Assembly: GCF_000092105.1 (NCBI RefSeq)
Contig: NC_014148.1
Coordinates: 2,910,001-2,942,000 of the forward strand
Source: Planctopirus limnophila DSM 3776
Lineage (GTDB): Bacteria > Planctomycetota > Planctomycetia > Planctomycetales > Planctomycetaceae
Reading direction: 5' to 3'
Length of the DNA stretch: 32,000 nucleotides
Shown here: positions 19,700 to 30,084 of the stretch, piece after piece
Numbering within the stretch: the first letter of the stretch is position 1
How the letters are laid out: every line of letters begins with the position of its first letter
Notes under the pieces: generated by a model
Database searches by the model: none
What the model was told of the DNA's origin: nothing
What the model saw: only the letters and a program-made list of their open reading frames with translations
Position numbers and translations under genes: made by a program

Positions 19700-19762
19700 T
19701 CTCTAGCGGTTGGGGCTGCGTTCTGCTTCGAGTTTCCAGTCATTCAGGATAGTTGAAACCTC

Positions 19763-20710
19763 ATGAAAGCAACTTGGTCGCGGCGTCATGTGCTGGGGCT
19801 GGAAGATCTTTCCGCAGCCGAGATTACCACCATTCTCGATGAAGCGGCCCGTTTTAAAGAGATGGCCCGTCATGGAGAAGCACGGCATTCCCTGCTGAAA
19901 GGAGTGACGATCTGTAACCTCTTTTTTGAGCCATCCACACGCACGAAAACAAGTTTCAACCTGGCAGCGCGTCGGCTCGGTGCCGATACCGTAGACTTTA
20001 CCGCAGCAGCGAGCAGTCTCTCGAAGGGCGAAACCTTCATTGACACGGCTCGAAACATCGAGGCCATGGGTGTTGACCACATGGTGGTTCGCCACAGCAC
20101 TTCAGGCACACCATTTTTGCTGACCAAACATCTTGGTACTGGTGTGGTCAATGCCGGTGATGGCACTCACGAACACCCGACACAAGGTCTGCTGGATCTA
20201 TTCACAATTCGTGAACAGCGGGGCCGTATCGAAGGTTTAACGGTCGCACTGGTGGGAGATATCCTGCACAGTCGAGTGGCCCGATCGAACATCTGGGGGC
20301 TGAAAAAACTCGGTGCTAAAGTCATCGTTTGCGGCCCAGCCACCTTGATCCCGGCTGAAATTCGGCAACTCGGAGTCGAAGTAAGTTATCGGCTCGATGA
20401 GATTCTGGAACAGACGGACGTAATCAATCTGTTACGAATTCAATTCGAAAGACAGCGTGGCGCGTTTTTTCCTTCGATTTATGAATATGCCCAGTTCTAT
20501 GGGATGACATCTGAGCGAATTGCCCGCGCGAAGAGTGATGTTCTCATACTCGCACCTGGCCCCATCAACCGTGGCGTCGAACTGACGCCTGATGTAGCCG
20601 ATGGCCCGCACAGCGTGATTCTCGATCAGGTGACAAATGGTCTGTTTGTGCGCATGGCCACTTTGTATCTGATGCAACTTGCGAGAGAACAAGCCCTGAC
20701 TTCTACATAA
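19763..20710 (+). CDS. pyrB: aspartate carbamoyltransferase catalytic subunit
   Basis: Motifs [40 protein letters not shown] and [11 protein letters not shown]. Length is 315 aa. Confidence 0.96.
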   Translation: MKATWSRRHVLGLEDLSAAEITTILDEAARFKEMARHGEARHSLLKGVTICNLFFEPSTRTKTSFNLAARRLGADTVDFTAAASSLSKGETFIDTARNIEAMGVDHMVVRHSTSGTPFLLTKHLGTGVVNAGDGTHEHPTQGLLDLFTIREQRGRIEGLTVALVGDILHSRVARSNIWGLKKLGAKVIVCGPATLIPAEIRQLGVEVSYRLDEILEQTDVINLLRIQFERQRGAFFPSIYEYAQFYGMTSERIARAKSDVLILAPGPINRGVELTPDVADGPHSVILDQVTNGLFVRMATLYLMQLAREQALTST

Positions 20711-20806
20711 GTCGAAAAAAGCAAGGTGGCATCGAGAAATGAGCCACGCTGTATAGTGCCATCACTGAATTTTGAGCCTGTTGGTAAGAGATCCCCGGAG
20801 TCATTC

Positions 20807-22084
20807 ATGGCCACAATGCTGATTCAAGGGGGCCGCGTGATCGACCCCGCCAATCAACTTGATCAGTTGCTGAATCTTGTGATCGAAGATGGTGTGATTG
20901 CAGAAATCACAACCGGGATCCCCAGGACCGATGAAGTCATCATGGCTCAAGGCATGATTGTCTCGCCAGGACTGGTCGACCTGCATGTGGCCTTGAGAGA
21001 TCCCGGTGGTGAAGAAGACGAGGGAACGGCATCAGGAACAAAAGCCGCCCTGGCTGGTGGTTTTACGACGATTGCGGCCCTTCCCGATACGAACCCGGTC
21101 GTTGATAACCGGGCCAGTGCTGAATTTGTCATTCTCCAGGCCGAAAGAGCGGGCTATTGCCGGGTGGTGCCCTTAGGTGCTATTACCCGTAATCATCAAG
21201 GAGAAGAACTCGCCGATCTGGGACAACTCGCTGCGGGCGGTGCTGGCGGCTTTACGGATGCGAATCGAGCCGTTCAAAGTGCCGAGATTATGCGGCGGGC
21301 TCTGGAATATGCCCGCATGTTGAATCGTCCGATCTTTGCTGTTCCTCAAGATGCCACGCTCTCGGCGGGTGGCTTGATGCATGAAGGTTATTACTCCACG
21401 GTCCTCGGCTTACGTGGAATACCTGCCGCTGCCGAAGAGATTATTGTAGGCCGGGATATCGCTTTAGCAGAACTGACCGGCGGACATGTCCATCTCATGA
21501 ACATCTCGACAAGAAACAGTGTCGAAGAACTCAAACGGGCGAAAGGGATGGGAATTCGCGTCACAGCCGATGTGACACCGCATCATCTGGCAATGACCGA
21601 TGCTTCACTGGTGACCTACGATACGAATCTGAAGGTTCTACCTCCACTACGCAGCCAGGAGCATGTCGATGCATTAATTGAAGGTTTGCGGGATGGAACC
21701 ATCGATTCGATCAGTTCGGATCATCGACCGTTTGCTTCTGAGAAGAAGAGTCGCGAGTTCGATCAGGTGCCATTTGGCGTCAGTTCGATCGAGACGGCAC
21801 TGGCTGTGGTGGCCACTGTTCTGGTGGATGGGGGACTCCTCGACTGGCCCGATCTCTTACGGCTGTTGACTGTGAATCCTGCCAAAATCCTGGGGATTGA
21901 AGCGGGGACGCTGGATATCGGGCGGCCAGCAGACCTGGCACTGATTGATCCCGCAGCTCACTGGATTGTTGATACCAGACAATTCTATTCACGAGGTCAT
22001 AACACTCCTTTTAAGGGAAAAACTCTGAGAAGTCGCGTCATGAAGACCATCGTTGCTGGTGAAGTTCGATTCTCGCGCCAATAA
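20807..22084 (+). CDS. pyrC: dihydroorotase-like protein, probably a non-catalytic PyrC'-type partner of PyrB
   Basis: By eye it is collinear with class I dihydroorotases (VSPGLVDLH, GGFTT, TADVTPHHL, LPPLR, SSDH, NTPF), but several metal-ligand His residues are substituted (see findings). The track ORF opens at 20726. ATG 20807 has GGAG 6 nt upstream and gives MATMLIQGGRVIDP. Confidence 0.9.
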   Translation: MATMLIQGGRVIDPANQLDQLLNLVIEDGVIAEITTGIPRTDEVIMAQGMIVSPGLVDLHVALRDPGGEEDEGTASGTKAALAGGFTTIAALPDTNPVVDNRASAEFVILQAERAGYCRVVPLGAITRNHQGEELADLGQLAAGGAGGFTDANRAVQSAEIMRRALEYARMLNRPIFAVPQDATLSAGGLMHEGYYSTVLGLRGIPAAAEEIIVGRDIALAELTGGHVHLMNISTRNSVEELKRAKGMGIRVTADVTPHHLAMTDASLVTYDTNLKVLPPLRSQEHVDALIEGLRDGTIDSISSDHRPFASEKKSREFDQVPFGVSSIETALAVVATVLVDGGLLDWPDLLRLLTVNPAKILGIEAGTLDIGRPADLALIDPAAHWIVDTRQFYSRGHNTPFKGKTLRSRVMKTIVAGEVRFSRQ

Positions 22085-22162
22085 TTCATGTGCAGGCTCT
22101 AAGTGCATCAATTCAATATGAATTGTGTGCCAGAGAGTTTGTGAGCACGCGGATGATTTGTC

Positions 22163-22903
22163 ATGGCACGATACTACCATCTGATTGATGGCTACAACCT
22201 GATGCACGCCGCAGGAATTGCGCGTGTCCGGTATGCCAGAGGCGATCTTGAACGCTGCAGAAACCGCTTGCTGCTCAGGGTGAGCGAACTCCTGACCGAA
22301 GACGAACGGCAACGAGCCACCGTTGTATTCGATGCCCGTGAAGCACCGCCGGGAAGTATTCGTCGGCACATCTATCGTGGTATGAATGTCGAATTTGCTG
22401 ACCCTGGAACCGAAGCCGATGACCATATTGAGATCTTGATCTCCAATCATTCGGCCAGCCGACAACTGTTGCTGGTATCGAGTGATCACCGATTGCAGCG
22501 GGCTGTCAAACGACGTCATGGACGCTCGATTGATAGTGAAGAGTTTCTTCGTGTCTATACCCAGCGTGAACTGATGCGCGAGCATGAGCCACATGCGGAC
22601 GAACAATCACCTCCAGCCACGATCGGTCAGCAGAAAGATCTTGAATTCTGGCTCGATGAGTTTGAAAACGTCGATCCACGCCAGATTCTCCGTGAGTTGC
22701 CTAAAGAGATCTCTGAGAGCAGGTTTCTTCCTCCCGAAGAAAAGCCTGGAGCCTCTGCACCTGAAACGCCTGCCAATTACGAAATTGATCCTGCCCTCGA
22801 ACGAACTCGATGGGAGCAAGAAGTCGATGAGCTTCAGGATCTGCTCGATGATCCGCAGCGGGTCAAAAACTGGATCGATGATCCCGATTTCAGGCAGCAC
22901 TAA
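22163..22903 (+). CDS. NYN domain protein, YacP/Rae1-like putative ribonuclease with an acidic C-terminal extension
   Basis: The N-terminal 130 aa resemble B. subtilis YacP (Rae1): HLIDGYNLMHA, ATVVFDA, EADDHIEILI, LLLVSSDHRLQRAV and RSIDSEEFL. The C-terminal part of about 110 aa is Glu/Asp/Pro-rich. Confidence 0.8.
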   Translation: MARYYHLIDGYNLMHAAGIARVRYARGDLERCRNRLLLRVSELLTEDERQRATVVFDAREAPPGSIRRHIYRGMNVEFADPGTEADDHIEILISNHSASRQLLLVSSDHRLQRAVKRRHGRSIDSEEFLRVYTQRELMREHEPHADEQSPPATIGQQKDLEFWLDEFENVDPRQILRELPKEISESRFLPPEEKPGASAPETPANYEIDPALERTRWEQEVDELQDLLDDPQRVKNWIDDPDFRQH

Positions 22904-22952
22904 GTGACCGCGCATTGGATTAATGCCAGTTTCGCCAGAGTTAGATCCAAAC

Positions 22953-23999
22953 TCATTTTCGGCGGCGCTTTGACTTTCTCGATTTAGCACGCGACTTTTC
23001 CGGATGTTCGAGAGGCGTTTTTTCGACTCTCAGCAACAGCATACCGGCAGCAAATCCCCCCAGAGACATGCCTCCCAGGACAAGCAGCATCACTGGGTCA
23101 TTCAAATAAGTCGAGGCCCATGGCCAGACCCAACTCCAGTTCCAGGCGATCACAAAAGCGGCCATTCCCAGGCTGGGGCCAAAGGGAATCAGCACGGTTT
23201 TTCCAAAACAGCGGGCGACCCCGGCATGTCCGATACCGATGACGGGGGAAAGCATCAGTGATAATAGAGTGGCCTGCCACCCTAAAAACCCGCCCACTGC
23301 CGCCATCAAAGTGACATCACCAAATCCCAAGGCCTCTGTTCGCAGAGACCAGCCAGCGCCAAGTCGTATCAGCCAGATCACTCCCGCCCCGCAAACAACC
23401 CCAGCGAACCATCGCAGTATCGCCCTTCCCTGTTCGCCGAAAAAAGAACTCTGACTTGTTAAGGCAGCAAATGACGCTGACGTTGAATCGAGAGACGACA
23501 CTCCCCAGACAGGCACCAGTTCAACCAGTGGAAATACGAGAGCGAAGGCGAACCCGGCAATCACCCCCGGCACAGTGATCAGATCCGGGATGGTCATCGT
23601 TGCCAGATCGACACGCATGGAAATGACAATGAGCGTTACAAATCCAATCGCAATCACATCGGCAGGAGTGATTCCCCCGATCAGGAACCGGTGAACTCTC
23701 TGTGAAAATTCTCTCTTTAGATCGGCTTCTAGATTACCGCTGGCGAGCTCAACGCTCTCACGATTCCCATGCCCCTCGACCGCGAGCTGCTGGGGAGATC
23801 TACTGATTCCTGCTCCCCAGGTTTCACTGATACACAATCCGGCAGCACCCACCCAGAAGAGCAACCCCCACAGGAAAGCCGACTGCTTCGAAATCGGTTT
23901 CGATAGGGAAATTCCCCATAGTGCCGCTTCCCGCAAAGCGAGTTGCCCGGAAATAAAACTTGCGAGGATCGCGACGGGAATGAGTGCCAACGAAGTCAT
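22953..23999 (-). CDS. A24 family prepilin (type IV leader) peptidase
   Basis: A polytopic membrane protein carrying the two aspartyl motifs VDLATMTIPD and LGFGDVTLMAAVGGFLG. It has a basic C-terminal tail. The ORF opens at TTG 24002 and ATG 23999 is the next codon. Confidence 0.85.
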   Translation of the reverse strand: MTSLALIPVAILASFISGQLALREAALWGISLSKPISKQSAFLWGLLFWVGAAGLCISETWGAGISRSPQQLAVEGHGNRESVELASGNLEADLKREFSQRVHRFLIGGITPADVIAIGFVTLIVISMRVDLATMTIPDLITVPGVIAGFAFALVFPLVELVPVWGVSSLDSTSASFAALTSQSSFFGEQGRAILRWFAGVVCGAGVIWLIRLGAGWSLRTEALGFGDVTLMAAVGGFLGWQATLLSLMLSPVIGIGHAGVARCFGKTVLIPFGPSLGMAAFVIAWNWSWVWPWASTYLNDPVMLLVLGGMSLGGFAAGMLLLRVEKTPLEHPEKSRAKSRKSKRRRK

Positions 24000-24212
24000 C
24001 AAAAGTTTCTCGGTCGATTTATGGTTAGGTCGTTACTGTCACTCCAGCAGATCAGCTGCCGACTGAACAACACCCTGAGTGTTGCTTCACCATGACTGAA
24101 AGTGTGGCACTTACTGCCCAAATTCAAAGCAACAGGTTAAACTCATCAAATGTTGGCTTTGTGTTTCGCTGAAAAACCTCAAAAAAATCTCGCTAGAAGG
24201 GTTGTCGTGTCG

Positions 24213-25616
24213 ATGACTGCACAAAAAAAGGGCCCATGGTCAGCACGATTAACAATAATCACAATTCTGGCCTTGATGATCGGGGGTTCCCGAAGTGTGC
24301 CCGCAAATGATGTCACACCTGCACCAACGACGCAACCATTTGTCGCAGCAGACATTGCGTTTGTACTGATTGCCACGGCCATGGTCCTGGCAATGGCCAT
24401 TCCCGGATTGGCTCTCTTTTACGGAGGTCTGGTTCGCCGGAAGAACATTCTCAGCATCATGATGCAATGCGTCAGTCTGACCGGACTGATGTCAGTGATC
24501 TGGCTGCTCTATGGCTACAGTCTCGTTTTTGCCCCCGATCTCCCCTACTCGTTCGGATTCGTTGGGGGCTTCGATTTCGTCGCCATGAATGGAGTTCTGC
24601 CGACAAATGGTGAATCTGGCCAGACGATTCCTGCCGTCGGAACCATCCCGCGGATGTCTCATTTCATGTTTCAAATGATGTTTTTCATCATTACACCCAC
24701 GCTGATTTGTGGTGCTTTTGCCGAAAGATTGCGATTTGCATCGGTCTGCTGGTTCTCTGTGTTATGGGGCACATTCGTGTATTGCCCGGTTGCCCATTGG
24801 ATCTGGTCAGATACCGGCTGGTTCAGTGAGTTCAATACCACGAACCCATGGTGCAAAGCCTTCGATTTTGCGGGTGGAACCGTAGTGCATGTCACTTCCG
24901 GGGTCTCAGCACTCATCTGTGCTATTATAATTGGCAACCGGTTGGGGTTTCGTCAGGAGCCCATGCCCCCCCACAATCTGACATACACCGCCCTGGGCGC
25001 GATGTTGTTATGGCTGGGTTGGTTTGGCTTTAATGCCGGCAGTGCCCTCGCAGCGAATCCCCTTGCTGTGGCAGCATTTACAGCCACTCACATGGCCGCA
25101 GCTTCCGGTCTTCTCGGGTGGTCTTTCATGGAGTGGTTGAGCCATGGCCGAGTGACTTTGCTGGGAGCATGCTCAGGTGCTGTCGCTGGATTAGTCGTGA
25201 TCACTCCCGCCTGTGGTACCTGCTCTCCATTAAGTGCATTACTGATGGGAATCATGGGAGGAGCCGTTTGTTACCTCGCCTGTACCCGCCTGAAAAATGC
25301 CTTCCAGTACGATGACTCGCTGGACGCTTTCGGAATTCACGGCGTGGGAGGTCTGCTGGGTGCCATTCTGACGGGTGTTTTCGCGACCCGCATGATGAAA
25401 GGAGGCACAGAACCCCTGGGACTGATTGATGGAAATCCCGAGCAGATTCTCTATCAGGTGATTGCGGCCCTGGTGACGGCCTTTTATGCAGCATTCATTT
25501 CGGTCATTTTACTGAAGATCATCGATTCCAGCCTGGGATTACGCGTCTCTCAACAGGCAGAACTCCAGGGACTGGATATCGCAGAGCATGGCGAGGAAGG
25601 CTACATCTTCCACTGA
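24213..25616 (+). CDS. amt: ammonium transporter (Amt family)
   Basis: Motifs ALFYGGLVRRKN, FDFAGGTVVHVTSG, LGWFGFNAGSAL and DDSLDAFGIHGVGGLLGA. The track ORF opens at ATG 24150. Starts at ATG 24213 or GTG 24207 give a signal-peptide-like N-terminus (MTAQKKGPWSARLTIITILALMIGG). Confidence 0.95.
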   Translation: MTAQKKGPWSARLTIITILALMIGGSRSVPANDVTPAPTTQPFVAADIAFVLIATAMVLAMAIPGLALFYGGLVRRKNILSIMMQCVSLTGLMSVIWLLYGYSLVFAPDLPYSFGFVGGFDFVAMNGVLPTNGESGQTIPAVGTIPRMSHFMFQMMFFIITPTLICGAFAERLRFASVCWFSVLWGTFVYCPVAHWIWSDTGWFSEFNTTNPWCKAFDFAGGTVVHVTSGVSALICAIIIGNRLGFRQEPMPPHNLTYTALGAMLLWLGWFGFNAGSALAANPLAVAAFTATHMAAASGLLGWSFMEWLSHGRVTLLGACSGAVAGLVVITPACGTCSPLSALLMGIMGGAVCYLACTRLKNAFQYDDSLDAFGIHGVGGLLGAILTGVFATRMMKGGTEPLGLIDGNPEQILYQVIAALVTAFYAAFISVILLKIIDSSLGLRVSQQAELQGLDIAEHGEEGYIFH

Positions 25617-25871
25617 AACCTCACCAACACTGAGCCTCACTTAGGACGGTGATCAGCGTCAAAACACGGCCTTCTGATTCAGCGGCACGCATTTTTCAGT
25701 GCAAATCAGCGATTGAGGACTCGAAGTGGATCAATTCATGCTCGATCCTTATCGAAATCCGTCCAAGCAGCAAGCAATTCTTGTTTGCTCGTGATCCCAG
25801 CAGTTCAGCAGTCTTTAGTTGCTGAATTTGATTGTTTGTTTGCAGATCTCCCTGCCCTGATTTCCACGTGA

Positions 25872-26222
<351 letters not shown>

Positions 26223-26332
26223 CAAGTCTTCAACTGAATCGTTGCGGGCCAACCCTCTCAGTGCAGCCAGTTGATGCGAAGCCCCCCAAATCGCCATCAA
26301 GTTCTACCCTCTTTCAAAATTTGGACTAAAAT

Positions 26333-26350
26333 CGGGCACAAAACCTGCTG
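26333..26350 (+). promoter_or_regulatory. candidate sigma-54 (-24/-12) promoter upstream of the second P-II gene
   Basis: The sequence cgGGCACaaaaccTGCTg has GG (26335..26336) and GC (26347..26348) at the exact 12-nt register of the consensus YTGGCACGrNNNTTGCW. By my count 11 of 14 specified positions match. It lies about 200 nt upstream of ATG 26550. Confidence 0.35.
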
Positions 26351-26390
26351 AGTTATGTGTATAGTCGGCGGGAGTGACGAATCTCGCTGA

Positions 26391-26888
<498 letters not shown>

Positions 26889-26929
26889 CCTCCGATCGAG
26901 CCATCCGCGATCATGCATTGATCACCGTC

Positions 26930-26979
26930 AACAGCGGCGAATGATTGGTATTCACAATCATTACGCCGCTGTTTTTATT
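26930..26979 (+). terminator. strong rho-independent terminator after the second P-II gene
   Basis: An 18-bp stem with one bulged A, aacagcggcgaatgattg (26930..26947) pairing with caatcattacgccgctgtt (26955..26973), and a 7-nt loop. The stem runs into TTTTTATT. Confidence 0.88.
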
Positions 26980-27198
26980 GGCTCTTGAGTCTCTGCCTGC
27001 TGGACAGAATCGATTCCAGCGATTCGTCGTCCTCCAATTTCTATTTTTCTCGCATTGAAATCGGCCGATTTCGTCAGAGCGATCTTCACTTGTGCTAAAT
27101 TCCCTATTGTCGAGAATACTCGATGGTTCTTCTGTGACGATTATCAGGCTTTCCCTGAACATCAACTTTGACGAAACAACTGCTGCCACTGACGCTTC

Positions 27199-29886
27199 AT
27201 GACTACAGCCTCCTGCAAAACTCTGCCTACTGAGCGTGCACTTCGCCTGCCGGCTGCCCGGCAACGGCTGGACGAACTCAGACAGCAGATCTCCATACGA
27301 ATTGCCCAGCACTCTACGGGCCTGCAGATCACCAGTTGGTTTTCCGAGCAGGTGGATGATCTCCTCAACCAACTCTGGAACGGCATCCTCACAGAATACC
27401 CGACTGAGTTTCGTGCGGAATTATCCTCCGCAATTGCCCTGATCGCAGTGGGAGGAACCGGACGCGGCGATCTGGCCCCCTATTCGGATATCGATTTGCT
27501 GATTGTGCATCGCACTGCGGGAGGTGAGAGGTGGCATGAATTTGCCGCACAATTTGTGAGAGATTGCTGGGATGCCGGACTCAAACTGGGCCACAGCACC
27601 CGCTCGATCCCCGATGCCATTCGCATGGCCCGGGACGACACTCAGTTTGCCACCTCACTGCTGGAAGCCCGATTGCTTGTCGGCCACAAACCACTCTTCG
27701 ATGACCTGATGCGGAAATTCCAATGGAATGTCGTTCGAGGTCGGCTGCACACCATACTCTCTTCATCGATTGCCGAAAGAGACAAAGAACAGGCCGCACA
27801 TGGTGCCACCAACCAGGAACTCGAACCTGATGTGAAACGCTCTCCCGGTGGTCTGAGGGATATCCATCTCATTCGCTGGCTCAGCCAGTTGAGAACTGGT
27901 TCAAGTGACCCGGAAGCCTTGCGTCTAGCTGGTTTAATGACGCGAGATGAACTTTTAAGACTCGTAACAGCCTATGACTATCTGCTCTCGATTCGACTGA
28001 CACTGCATTTAGCTGCCGGACGGGCCAACGATGTCCTCACCCGTAGCGAGCAGGTACGAATTGCCCAGGATCGCGGCATCGAGGCCAGTGGTGGGCAGCT
28101 CGCCGTCGAAAAATTCATGCAGGAGTATTTCCGACACACGAGTACTGTCTCTGAGCTGGCCACACGACTGGTGAGAAAGCATTTGCCCTCGCGCTGGCAG
28201 GATGTCCTCTGGAGACCTGTCGTCACTCACCGGGTCGACACGATTTATCGCATCAGCCCGGACCAGATCGATGTTCCCCGGCGTTTTCGCAACCAGTTGG
28301 CTTCGCTGGAAGACCTTCTCAGGCTCTACTGGTCGGCCGCAATGTACAAGGTCCCCTTTGCTGACGATCTCGAAGAGTTTGTCAGTACCAGAACCCGCGA
28401 ACTCCCCGAAACATTGACGGTCGAAGCGGGCAGGATTTTCCTCGATATTTTAAGCCGTTCTCGCTGCGTGAGCCGAATCTTGCGGAGCATGTATCGAACA
28501 GGCGTGCTTGAACTGGTACTGCCCTGCTTCCGGCATGTCAGATGCCTGTTACAGTTCAATCAGTACCACCACTTTACTGTTGATGAACACACGTTGAGGG
28601 CCATCGAAGCTGCAGAGTCCTTCGCCGAGTTACAATCGCCGCTTGGAGAAGCCTTTCGTGAAATTCGACATCGTGATGTCCTGTTTCTTGCACTGCTGCT
28701 GCACGATGCCGGCAAAGGATACGAAGAAGATCACTCGGAAGTTGGCAGACGACTGGCCATCGAAGCGGCTCAGCGGTTTCGCATGGCCTCGTATCATCGG
28801 GATACGGTGGTCTTTCTCGTCCACAAACATTTGATGATGGCGCATCTGGCCTTTCGGCGGGACACCACTGACCCCGATGTTCTGCTCCGTTTCACTCATG
28901 ATGTGGGTACCGTCGATCGTCTGAGAATGCTCTATGTCTTGACGGCGGCAGATATCACGGGAGTTGGCCCCGGAGTCTGGAACGAGTGGAAGGCCGAACT
29001 GCTGGATAACCTTTTCAGTGGTGCGATGCAGGCACTTTCCGGCAACAGCGATATGCCGCAAATGATTGATCTCCAGTCGAGAGTTCTCTCAGCGGTGGTG
29101 GATGAACTTTCCCGTCCGACAACAGGGGAAGAAAAAGAGCGAATTGCCAAAGTGGTCAAGCAACTCTTTACCACTCTTCCGCGCCATTATCTGCAGGGAA
29201 ATTCGGTCGAGAGAATTTCATCGGATCTGAGAATCGTCATGGAGCGCAGACCTGACGAAATTCATATCTCAGGCCGTTATGAACCCGAAACCAACTCCGT
29301 CGAGTATCGAATTATCACTCGGGAAAGTGTTGCCGAAGGATGTTTCCATAAGATTACCGGGGCCTTGACTTCCCAGCGCATGGAAATTCTTTCTGCCCAG
29401 ATCTCGACTACAACGGAAGGCGTGATCATCGACAGCTTCCGGGTGAATGATATTGATCACTCAAATGAAGTTCCCCAGTTCCGCCTTGATGAAGTCTGCC
29501 GCACAATCCGGGGTGTGCTGACGGGTGAAACCAATGTCAATCAGCTTGTTGAACGCCGGCGGCGCATGATCTTTTCCAGGCCACTGATCGCGGGCCAGTT
29601 TTCCGATCTTCCTGAGCAGGTGTTGATCGATAATGAATCGTCTGAGCGATGTACGATTGTAGATATCTTCGCTCATGATCGCCCCGGGCTGCTCTACTCG
29701 ATCAGTCGCCAGCTGTTTGAGCTTGAACTCTCGATTGTGCTGGCCAAAATTTCCACGCATCTGGATCAGGTGGTCGATGTGTTTTACATCACCGACAGGC
29801 GTCATCAGAAAATCAATGATCCCGAACGATTGCAGAAGCTGGAATTGCTGCTTCACGAGTGCATTTCACGAGTCAATTATGGTTAA
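27199..29886 (+). CDS. glnD: [protein-PII] uridylyltransferase / uridylyl-removing enzyme
   Basis: 895 aa. It has a nucleotidyltransferase motif (AVGGTGRGDLAPYSDIDLLIV), an HD domain (QYHHFTVDEHT, LLHDAGKG) and two C-terminal ACT-like repeats (EYRIITRE..., TIVDIFAHDRPGLLYSISRQL). Confidence 0.95.
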   Translation: MTTASCKTLPTERALRLPAARQRLDELRQQISIRIAQHSTGLQITSWFSEQVDDLLNQLWNGILTEYPTEFRAELSSAIALIAVGGTGRGDLAPYSDIDLLIVHRTAGGERWHEFAAQFVRDCWDAGLKLGHSTRSIPDAIRMARDDTQFATSLLEARLLVGHKPLFDDLMRKFQWNVVRGRLHTILSSSIAERDKEQAAHGATNQELEPDVKRSPGGLRDIHLIRWLSQLRTGSSDPEALRLAGLMTRDELLRLVTAYDYLLSIRLTLHLAAGRANDVLTRSEQVRIAQDRGIEASGGQLAVEKFMQEYFRHTSTVSELATRLVRKHLPSRWQDVLWRPVVTHRVDTIYRISPDQIDVPRRFRNQLASLEDLLRLYWSAAMYKVPFADDLEEFVSTRTRELPETLTVEAGRIFLDILSRSRCVSRILRSMYRTGVLELVLPCFRHVRCLLQFNQYHHFTVDEHTLRAIEAAESFAELQSPLGEAFREIRHRDVLFLALLLHDAGKGYEEDHSEVGRRLAIEAAQRFRMASYHRDTVVFLVHKHLMMAHLAFRRDTTDPDVLLRFTHDVGTVDRLRMLYVLTAADITGVGPGVWNEWKAELLDNLFSGAMQALSGNSDMPQMIDLQSRVLSAVVDELSRPTTGEEKERIAKVVKQLFTTLPRHYLQGNSVERISSDLRIVMERRPDEIHISGRYEPETNSVEYRIITRESVAEGCFHKITGALTSQRMEILSAQISTTTEGVIIDSFRVNDIDHSNEVPQFRLDEVCRTIRGVLTGETNVNQLVERRRRMIFSRPLIAGQFSDLPEQVLIDNESSERCTIVDIFAHDRPGLLYSISRQLFELELSIVLAKISTHLDQVVDVFYITDRRHQKINDPERLQKLELLLHECISRVNYG

Positions 29887-30084
29887 CCAGACTTGTTGAT
29901 CTCACTTCACGAAGGAATCACGATTCTCTCATAAATCAGTGAGCCCCTGCCGGTTTACTGATAGCAATTCCAGAGATTGAGAAGAGGGATTGGTGAAAAA
30001 TCACCAGGTGGCTATATTCTCTCAAAGCTGGAGAATTTCGAACCTGCCAGCGGCATGGGCAGAGCCCCGCTCTTCGGAGAACTC

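Noticed and set aside
19700-19762. A PyrR-binding loop or attenuator upstream of pyrB
   Set aside because: The 63-nt spacer contains TTTCCAGTCATTCAGG, which only superficially resembles the ARUCCAGAGAGGYU box. There is no terminator/antiterminator pair.
24105-24119. TGGCAC hexamer upstream of amt, a possible sigma-54 -24 element
   Set aside because: The nearest downstream GC lies 10 nt from the GG, not 12 nt (TGGCACttactGCCC). Sigma-54 promoters tolerate almost no spacing change.
25684-25698. GGCACGcatttTTCA upstream of the first P-II gene, sigma-54-like
   Set aside because: The register is correct, but the near-invariant -12 GC is TC here. That is too weak to call without experimental or comparative support.
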